Assembly (NCBI GenBank): GCA_021399345.1
Contig: JAAFKI010000014.1
Span: 1-52,524, forward strand
Length of the DNA stretch: 52,524 nucleotides
Direction of reading: 5' to 3'
Source of the DNA: Candidatus Heimdallarchaeota archaeon
GTDB taxonomy: Archaea > Asgardarchaeota > Heimdallarchaeia > Heimdallarchaeales > Heimdallarchaeaceae
Shown: piece after piece, positions 1-7,244 of the stretch
How positions within the stretch are numbered: position 1 is the stretch's first letter
Layout of the letters: each line of letters opens with the position of its first letter
Notes under the pieces: generated by a model
Databases searched by the model: none
What the model saw: the letters and a program-made list of their open reading frames with translations, nothing else
What the model was told of the DNA's origin: nothing
Program-made: the position numbers and the translations under genes

Positions 1-32
1 GTTATCTCTTATTTCTGTTGGAGAATATTACA

Positions 33-299
33 ATGAATGATAAAATAATTGGTTTAGTGATGATTTTTGGTTCACTGTCAATTGTTGGGTTTCTTTTATT
101 TTGGACAATCATAATGCCCATAATCTGGGAAGACCGACTTTTTGATGCTTATCTTGGATTAGCTATTACTGTTTTCATTATTATTTCAATAGCACTATTG
201 TTCATTGCTTGGGTGGGAAGGATTTTTCTAAAAAATAGGGCACCTAAAGAAGTGGTGTTTGATGAACAAATAGAAGAATATAAAAAAACAAATGATTAA
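33..299 (+). CDS. Small two-TM membrane protein, DPM2-like (ORF track starts at 18; ATG at 33 more likely)
   Basis: Two hydrophobic helices; N-terminal DKIIGLVMIFGSL...WTIIMPII resembles the DPM2 pattern D-x-x-x-G-L...W-x-I-x-x-P-x-I. Confidence 0.55.
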   Translation: MNDKIIGLVMIFGSLSIVGFLLFWTIIMPIIWEDRLFDAYLGLAITVFIIISIALLFIAWVGRIFLKNRAPKEVVFDEQIEEYKKTND

Positions 300-686
300 A
301 TGAACGTGATTAAAATGAGTGGAAGAAGACCTATGTCTCCTCGAGATGCAAAAAGAATGCAAGCAAGGATGAGACAAATTGAACTAGAAGGAGTTGAAGA
401 GGTCATTATACGTTTCGCTGATAAGGAAACAGTGATTTACACTCCAACAGTTATGAAAGCCTTTATTCCTGGTATGGTGGAATCAGATACATTTCAAATA
501 GTGGGGCCAGGAACAGATAGACCTAGGGGTACTGGAGATGGTGCAGTAGCGGGAGTTAATTTTACTGATTCAGACGTTGAACTAGTAATGGCTCAAGCTG
601 GTGTTTCAGAAGAAAAAGCAAGAAAAGCACTTGAAGAAGAAAACGGAGACTTAGCTGGAGCTATAGTCCGATTAAAAACCAAATAG
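300..686 (+). CDS. nac: Nascent polypeptide-associated complex protein (archaeal NAC); true start possibly 315
   Basis: NAC domain (LEGVEEVIIR...FQIVG) and C-terminal UBA-like DVELVMAQAGVSEEKARKALEEENGDLAGAI. Confidence 0.95.
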   Translation: MNVIKMSGRRPMSPRDAKRMQARMRQIELEGVEEVIIRFADKETVIYTPTVMKAFIPGMVESDTFQIVGPGTDRPRGTGDGAVAGVNFTDSDVELVMAQAGVSEEKARKALEEENGDLAGAIVRLKTK

Positions 687-690
687 TAGG

Positions 691-1176
691 TTACTTTTTT
701 TTTCCTATTCCTTTTCTGGTAGAAATCGCAACTCCAGATTTCATTTCTTTAATTAGTTTTCCAGGGATTTTTGCTGTACCAATACCTAGGAATTCTCCCT
801 TCTGATTTGTAATAATAACCTCATCTTTAGCAGAAATATCATCATCAACATCTACAACATGTTTAGAGAAAACAGTTTTACCATCTCTTACAAAGGGTTC
901 AGCATCGTCATTAACAATAACTTTGAAACCAAAATTATTTTTGTGAAGTATTTCACCCCCTAAAATAGAAGGAACTAAAAATCCATCACGTACGCGAAAA
1001 GAGCAGATTCTTTCATTTTTCCTATAGATATACCTGATTCTGTTAGTACCTCTTGATCTTTCAACCAGTGTATCTTCTGTGAACAATATGTCTCCTGCTC
1101 CTTTTCCAAATTGAAAATCAGCTATACTCTGAATCTGTCTCAAATCAAAAGTAGTAGGTTTTTCTAATTTTTGCAT
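691..1176 (-). CDS. PUA-domain RNA-binding protein (resembles the C-terminal domains of archaeosine tRNA-guanine transglycosylase)
   Basis: IADFQFGKGAG, RIRYIY, and PUA motif AEPFVRDGKTVFSKHVVDVDDDISAKDEV. Confidence 0.85.
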   Translation of the reverse strand: MQKLEKPTTFDLRQIQSIADFQFGKGAGDILFTEDTLVERSRGTNRIRYIYRKNERICSFRVRDGFLVPSILGGEILHKNNFGFKVIVNDDAEPFVRDGKTVFSKHVVDVDDDISAKDEVIITNQKGEFLGIGTAKIPGKLIKEMKSGVAISTRKGIGKKK

Positions 1177-1233
1177 ACATTGAAAATCTAACCTTACAGA
1201 TAATAAGAATTATTATAATTAAGAGAATCGAAA

Positions 1234-1488
1234 TTACTGATTTTTGCTTATTTCTTGAGCTTCATTAAATGAAATAACAACTTGATCCCAGTCCTTTAAC
1301 ATTGCTTCAAGAAATAGTTCTCCCTTATCGGATAATTGAAAATATCTTCTAGTTCTTCCGTCGAAAATTTCATTTCTAACTGAAACCAAACATCTCTCCT
1401 TTAACCTAGTTAAGATGTTATTTCTTATTATATCTGCTAAAGGAGGATAGGTTTGAGGTAATAATGAAAATGATATCATAAATCTCAA
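1234..1488 (-). pseudogene. Truncated PadR-family winged-helix regulator
   Basis: C-terminal PadR pattern L-x-R-L-x-x-x-x-L-V...GRTRRYFQLSDKG...L...W is present; N-terminal helices not recognisable; TTG start. Confidence 0.5.
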
Positions 1489-1503
1489 AAGAGCTCAAAA
1501 CGA

Positions 1504-2364
1504 TTATTTCTGAACAAAACAGTCAAAACAATAGTGAATTAATCTTGGTGAAAATTTCTTTATTTGTCTCTTTTCTTTTATACTAAATTCACATTTTAGA
1601 GATTTGATTTGTGATGTAACTGCTTTTACTGCATCTTCAATTTTTCCTCTTTGGATGATTGTATGGTAGTGGATCCATCCTTTTTTATTAATGGCATTCA
1701 CAGCTCTAAAGAGCTGCTTGGTATCACTTTCAAAATAACCCATTAAAACTCTTGACCCGATATCTTTGGGAGTTTTATCTCTATTGTCGCCAAGGATTGG
1801 GAAATATTTTTCCTTAATTTTGTTTTCCTCAATATTTCTCACAAGGAAATTGTAAGCTTCCACATTCATCTCTATACCATAACATTTGACTGTGGAATTA
1901 TTCTTGACAATTGGAAGAGATAGGTTTCCAGCACAAGCAAACATATCCACAATTATTTCATTATTCTTTACTGTGTTAATGAGATATCCCCTTTCTCCTT
2001 TATTCCCCGGAGAGAAAGTAATCTTCGCAACATCGATGTTGAAAATAGTGCTATACTCCGTGTGTTTAGTAGTAGTTCTCTCTTCCCCTGCAAGATGGAT
2101 GATTTGAGGTTTACGATAATTTGAATCAGTTGAAAACTGCTCTATAACCACATTAACTTGAGGATCAATATCAATAACGATATTTCCAATATCTTGTTTA
2201 TAATAATTCAATTCTTGATCAATGTGTCTGAAAATTGCTATATCTCCAATAATAGAGTATCCTGAAGGCAACTTATTCATTAGTTCACCATCAAGTTTGT
2301 CTTCTAACAAAGTTTGCAGTTGTTTCTTTAGTTTCATTAAATCTAAAATATCTTTCAACACCAA
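1504..2364 (-). CDS. taw2: Trm5/Taw2 (TYW2)-family SAM-dependent tRNA modification enzyme, probably Taw2 aminocarboxypropyltransferase
   Basis: LPSGYSIIGDIA, FSPGNKGER, DMFACAG, RVLMGY and GWIHYH motifs. Confidence 0.75.
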   Translation of the reverse strand: MVLKDILDLMKLKKQLQTLLEDKLDGELMNKLPSGYSIIGDIAIFRHIDQELNYYKQDIGNIVIDIDPQVNVVIEQFSTDSNYRKPQIIHLAGEERTTTKHTEYSTIFNIDVAKITFSPGNKGERGYLINTVKNNEIIVDMFACAGNLSLPIVKNNSTVKCYGIEMNVEAYNFLVRNIEENKIKEKYFPILGDNRDKTPKDIGSRVLMGYFESDTKQLFRAVNAINKKGWIHYHTIIQRGKIEDAVKAVTSQIKSLKCEFSIKEKRQIKKFSPRLIHYCFDCFVQK

Positions 2365-2401
2365 TTTTTAATATTATCTCCCTTTCACTATTACTAGGAA
2401 A

Positions 2402-2944
2402 ATGGTTATCGTTGCTAAACTCCATGATGAATACGCTTTGATAAATGATAAAGAAGGTAATTCTATCTATAGTCAAGGTTGGTTTGGAAAACATACTAAA
2501 TCTGGTAATGTTAAGCTCAGTCCATATGAGACTGTTCTATTATTAGAAAGGAAAAAAATAGATGTGAAAGGCGAAAACGAAGCTTCTTTGCCTTTATCAG
2601 ATGTAGTAGCGCATTTTTCAAACAAAATTCCAGATTTCTTGGTTCGTTTTTTGTTATACAAAGACCTAAGGAACAGAGGTTATGTAGTAAAAGAACACTC
2701 AGAAACTGGAAAATACTTTGAGTTATATGAGAGAGGAGCAACACCAAACAAAGCCAAACATTTGGCATTAGTTGTTACAATGGTAGAAGGTATAATGTTT
2801 GATATTGACGATATTGATCAAATTGTTTCACAAGCAAAAGAAATCAGTAAACAGTTAATTTTCGCCGTTATAGATAGTTTAGGAGATGTTTCTTACTATA
2901 GTGTAAGTGAATTAGAATTCACAAAAATAGATATCGATGGTTAA
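2402..2944 (+). CDS. endA: tRNA-splicing endonuclease subunit, probably the structural (non-catalytic) subunit
   Basis: LSPYETVLLLE, YKDLRNRGYVVK, LYERG and AVIDSLGDVSYY motifs; the G-x-K-F/Y-G motif is missing. Confidence 0.85.
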   Translation: MVIVAKLHDEYALINDKEGNSIYSQGWFGKHTKSGNVKLSPYETVLLLERKKIDVKGENEASLPLSDVVAHFSNKIPDFLVRFLLYKDLRNRGYVVKEHSETGKYFELYERGATPNKAKHLALVVTMVEGIMFDIDDIDQIVSQAKEISKQLIFAVIDSLGDVSYYSVSELEFTKIDIDG

Positions 2945-2953
2945 GGTTTTATT

Positions 2954-4765
2954 ATGCATTACGTCCCAGATACTTCAACAATAATCAATGGTCAGTTTCT
3001 AAAATATCTTGCTGAAAAAGAAGATATTGAATCAATAGTTCTTTCTCGTGTTGTGATAGCTGAAATTGAAAATATGGCAAATCAAGATAAAACAACAGGT
3101 ATGACAGCTTTAGAAGAATTACAACGTATGAGAGATTTTTGTGCAAAACGAGGTATAAACATGATTATTGATGGTCAAAGACCAACATATAACCAGATTC
3201 GAGGTGCATCAATAGGTGAGTTGGATGCCCAAATTAGAGAACTGGCAGCTGAATATGATGCAATTCTAATAACTTCAGACCGTGTAATGGCCGAGATAGG
3301 AAAAGCTGAAGGATTAGCAGTTGTTTTCATGAAAGAGGAAACAAAAAGTTTGGGAAAGAAAGTTGAAGATTATTTTGATGAACAAACTATGTCTATACAT
3401 CTAAGAGAAAATAACTTACCTCTGGCAAAAAAAGGACTCCCTGGCAATTTTCAATTAGTACCTCTTCAAGGAGAACCAATTCTAACTCGCGAGACATTAG
3501 ATGAACTAGCAAAAGATGTAATTGAAAGGGCTTCTAGAGAAAAAGATAGTTTCATAGAATCTGACCAACATGGAACAACAGTAATCCAGTTGAAAAATAC
3601 TAGAATTGTTATACTTCGACCACCCTTCAGTGATGCAATGGAAATTACTGCAGTTAGACCTATTATAAAACTAACCTTAAGGGATTATAAAATTGATTCA
3701 AAGCTCCTTGAAAGGATAGAAACACAAGCTGAAGGAATAATCATTGCAGGTCCACCTGGTGCTGGAAAAAGTACCTTTGCTACAGCAATGGCTGAGTTTT
3801 ATGCTGATAAAGATAAAATTGTTAAAACTTTTGAAAATCCAAGAGATCTTCAAGTGGACAACAGAATAACACAAATGTCCGGTTTTGAAGGAGATATTTC
3901 TGCATCTGCAGATTTGGTTCTTTTAATGAGACCCGATTATGTAATTTATGATGAATTGCGAAGAACTAAGGATTTCGAAACCTATTCCGATTTACGTTTA
4001 GCGGGAGTAGGGTTGCTTGGGGTTGTTCATGCTACTCAAGCTATAGATGGTATTCAAAGATTCATCAAGAGAGTTGATTTAGGTATTATCCCATCAATTG
4101 TCGACACAATCATCTTCATTTCTGAAGGGAAAATATCGAAAGTTTATACACTTGAGCTTACAGTAACAATGCCAAAAGGATTTACTGAACGTGATTTAAG
4201 TCGTCCTGTAATTAAGGTTAAAGATTTTCACACAAATAAGGATGAATATGAAATTTATACATTTGGAGAACAAATTGTTGTTTCACCTCTCAAAAAACTA
4301 AGTATGAAACACTCAAAAACAGGTAAAACAATCACAGCTAATTCTGGTCAAATACAAAAGGTTCTCAAACAATATTCTGTTTATGATTTTACTTTTGACT
4401 TTGATCCACCTAATTCTCTTACCCTATTTGTTTCAAATAAAGATAAACCCCGTGTAATTGGAAAGGATGGACGTAATATAGATGAAATAGAACAGAAATT
4501 GGGATTATCAATAACTGTAAAATCATTTAACGAACAAGAAGAAATGGAATTTGTCATTGATATGTATCCGTCCAAAGGTAAACTTAATCTTGTGTTTCCT
4601 AGTGTTTGTATAGGTAAAGATGTTATTCTAGCAGTAAATGGATCACCTTTGACTCAATTAACAGTTGGTAAAACTAGTGAGATAAGTGTAGTAAAAAATA
4701 CAGAAATCGGTAAGATGCTCATGGAAGCTCATCACAAAGGAGATACCATAACAGCTTTATTGTAG
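2954..4765 (+). CDS. PIN-domain / ATPase / KH protein (PINA family)
   Basis: N-terminal PIN (VPDTS, LITSD), Walker A GPPGAGKST, Walker B IYDELR, GVVHAT, KH VIGKDGRNI. Confidence 0.92.
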   Translation: MHYVPDTSTIINGQFLKYLAEKEDIESIVLSRVVIAEIENMANQDKTTGMTALEELQRMRDFCAKRGINMIIDGQRPTYNQIRGASIGELDAQIRELAAEYDAILITSDRVMAEIGKAEGLAVVFMKEETKSLGKKVEDYFDEQTMSIHLRENNLPLAKKGLPGNFQLVPLQGEPILTRETLDELAKDVIERASREKDSFIESDQHGTTVIQLKNTRIVILRPPFSDAMEITAVRPIIKLTLRDYKIDSKLLERIETQAEGIIIAGPPGAGKSTFATAMAEFYADKDKIVKTFENPRDLQVDNRITQMSGFEGDISASADLVLLMRPDYVIYDELRRTKDFETYSDLRLAGVGLLGVVHATQAIDGIQRFIKRVDLGIIPSIVDTIIFISEGKISKVYTLELTVTMPKGFTERDLSRPVIKVKDFHTNKDEYEIYTFGEQIVVSPLKKLSMKHSKTGKTITANSGQIQKVLKQYSVYDFTFDFDPPNSLTLFVSNKDKPRVIGKDGRNIDEIEQKLGLSITVKSFNEQEEMEFVIDMYPSKGKLNLVFPSVCIGKDVILAVNGSPLTQLTVGKTSEISVVKNTEIGKMLMEAHHKGDTITALL

Positions 4766-4766
4766 G

Positions 4767-5486
4767 TTATGAATCCCTCTTTATCAACTTTGCATTATTT
4801 TTTTTACCAATTATGATTTTATCTGCATCGGAAGGAAATAGTCCATTTTCAACGATTCCAGCAATGTTGTTCAGGTTCATCTCCATGTTAAAAGGATTAT
4901 ATTCTTGTTTGAAAGTTATATCTCCTATAATGTTACCATTGTCTGTTATAACTGGTCCTTTCTTTCCTGAACCATATCTAAGCTGAAGTTCTCCTCCTAG
5001 ATTGAATATGGGTTGAAGAACTGTTATGATTGCCTGTTTTATGATTTCTACAGGAACGGGATAGCTTAACAGATCTCTTGGATATTTTGAGCTATCTGCA
5101 ATTACTAAGAATTCTTGAGAAGCTCTTGCTATTATTTTTTCCAGTGTTAAAGCTCCCCCACCACCCTTAATCATAACATAATCTTTTGTAATGATATCTG
5201 CACCATCTACATAGATGTTTATCTCAGGATATTCAAGTAACGTTGAAACAGGTAATCCTGCTTTAACCAATTCAAGATGAGTTTCTGCAGACGATGGGAT
5301 AGTGATTATTTCCAATTCATTTTTATCAACAAGCTCTCCTAATTGTTGAATGAAGTACTTCACTGTTGAACCGGTTCCTACTCCTACAACAAATCCATCA
5401 TAAATGAATTCTTTCGCTGCTTTTTGAGCAGCAAAAAACTTAGCTTTTTCTTGATCAGAGAACTTTGAATCTTTTGAATTCATCAT
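4767..5486 (-). CDS. rpiA: Ribose-5-phosphate isomerase A
   Basis: GVGTGST, DGAD, IKGGGGALTLEKI, TDNGN motifs. Confidence 0.97.
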   Translation of the reverse strand: MMNSKDSKFSDQEKAKFFAAQKAAKEFIYDGFVVGVGTGSTVKYFIQQLGELVDKNELEIITIPSSAETHLELVKAGLPVSTLLEYPEINIYVDGADIITKDYVMIKGGGGALTLEKIIARASQEFLVIADSSKYPRDLLSYPVPVEIIKQAIITVLQPIFNLGGELQLRYGSGKKGPVITDNGNIIGDITFKQEYNPFNMEMNLNNIAGIVENGLFPSDADKIIIGKKNNAKLIKRDS

Positions 5487-5644
5487 TAAGTCACTTCGAG
5501 TTAATCAGAACTGAAGACAATTTAGTTAAAACAAATTAAAACCTTTTTACTATCATTAATTTTGTAAAATAAAAATAAGAGGAGTAGAAAATATTCTCTA
5601 TTTTCATTCCTTTGCAGACGAGAATTTTACCAGTGGAGCAAATT

Positions 5645-6571
5645 TTATTGCTGTTCACTCATGAATTTTTTTAATCTGTCTAATTCTTTTAACATCTCTT
5701 TTCGAAGAGCTGCTATTGATGTGCTCTTAGCAAACAAATCCCCTTCTCCTTCTCCTCCTGCTGGAGCAGCTGCTGGAGGCGCTACTACACCTGGTGGTTT
5801 TGGAGTTGGAACAGTTGGCGCTGGAATTGAAGGTGTTGTAGCTGGTGCACCAGTTGGTATTGGTGTTGGCATTGGTGGACTTGGAACTGCTGTAGGTGGT
5901 GGTGTCTTACCCACACCTGGAGGTGGTGGAGGGGCTGCTTTTCCAGTTACTGGGGGTGCAGCTGGTGATGGTGGTGCTGGGGGTGTTGCAACAGCTTTTC
6001 CCCTTTTCCTCTTTTTTGTTTTTGGAGGCTTAACCGGTTTAACGGCTAGTGGGGGAGCTGGGGGAGTTGGAGGTGCAGTTGCTGGAGTAGCTGAAGGAAC
6101 ATCTATTTTCTCTTCACCTTTTATTTTACTCAGATAATCTCCCTGCATCTTCTTTAGTTCCTCTTCAAGTTGAGAAACTTCAGCTTCTCTTGCTGTCTTT
6201 TCAATCTCATCTTCAATTTTCTTAACATCTGAAGCGTATCTTACTGATAGTCTACCAAACACTGATTCACTGATATCCTTCTTCCTATGAGCACCAGACA
6301 AAGCTTGCTGTGCTGCCTCGAACTTTGTTTTCTCAATTTTAAGAATAGCAATACGTTCTGAAGGAGGAATATCAGAAGGTGTGGGTAGATCTGAATCCAT
6401 ATCTAAATCAAGGAGAGAAGGGCCTTCTTTCTTTCGATATACTCTTGTTGTAATGAACACTACAAGTGCACTTAGAAATGTAAAAATGACTAAAAGGTAA
6501 ATTAGCATCTTCACTCCTGGATCAGTTAAACTTGCTGGAGGTAAATTCTCAAACCAATCTATAAGCGACAT
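5645..6571 (-). CDS. Membrane-anchored coiled-coil, proline-rich protein of unknown function
   Basis: One N-terminal TM helix, coiled coil, Pro/Ala/Thr-rich region of roughly 110 aa with a basic patch, C-terminal amphipathic helix. Confidence 0.8.
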   Translation of the reverse strand: MSLIDWFENLPPASLTDPGVKMLIYLLVIFTFLSALVVFITTRVYRKKEGPSLLDLDMDSDLPTPSDIPPSERIAILKIEKTKFEAAQQALSGAHRKKDISESVFGRLSVRYASDVKKIEDEIEKTAREAEVSQLEEELKKMQGDYLSKIKGEEKIDVPSATPATAPPTPPAPPLAVKPVKPPKTKKRKRGKAVATPPAPPSPAAPPVTGKAAPPPPPGVGKTPPPTAVPSPPMPTPIPTGAPATTPSIPAPTVPTPKPPGVVAPPAAAPAGGEGEGDLFAKSTSIAALRKEMLKELDRLKKFMSEQQ

Positions 6572-6839
6572 ATCCTTGCCTCTGAATTATTATTGTTATA
6601 ATCCTTTTATTTGTTTCTCTGTCTATTAAGTTATTAGATTATACTTAATAAACTCTGTCAAAGTGTCCAATTAAAAAAGAAGATAATATCTAGAAAATAT
6701 TGTCCCTTTGTGTGAACAACATTGCATTTTTTCGATAAACAACCGTTTTAATGCTGAGGAGGGAAAACTTGTTCAATCTTACCTATGAAGAAAAAAAACT
6801 AGAACAACTTTCTTCAGCAAAGAAAACTAAAAAGAGAGT

Positions 6840-7177
6840 ATGCGAGTAAGAATAGGATTAGCTGCAGAATTAAAGGGAGTACCTTCAAGTACCTTGCGAA
6901 GATGGGAAAAAGAGGGAAAACTACTTCCAGTTGAAAGAACCATGAGAGGACACAGAAGATATAAACTAACCCAATTGGAAGGGAGAAAAGAGAACGGAGA
7001 AGGAGAAACAAAGGAAAGAATCGTACTGGGTTATGCGAGAGTGAGTGCAACTAAACAAAAGAAAGAACAGGAAAGGCAACAAGAGCAACTAAAGACCTTT
7101 GCTCAGCAGCAAGGAGGGAAGCTTAAGAAAGTGTATACCGATATTGCTTAAGGGACGAACGAGCAGAGAAAAGGTTT
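6840..7177 (+). pseudogene. tnpA: IS607 TnpA serine recombinase with a nonsense codon and loss of the C-terminal half
   Basis: MerR-like HTH (GVPSSTLRRWEKEGKL...GHRRY), catalytic YARVS; YTDIA-TAA-GTNEQRKGL where DIASG is expected; homology is lost after 7177. Confidence 0.88.
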
Positions 7178-7244
7178 ACACCACCACCACAATGAGAGTT
7201 TGTCGAGTTTAAATACCATTTTGGGGATTAGATACTGAGACACA

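Noticed and set aside
5661-6137. 158-aa Gly/Ala-rich plus-strand ORF
   Set aside because: Antisense shadow of the Pro-rich codons of 5645-6571
7149-7244. Programmed readthrough or TnpA-TnpB fusion (same frame, separated by TAA 7149 and TGA 7236)
   Set aside because: Two stops, one of them TAA, and half of TnpA is missing; decay is the simpler explanation
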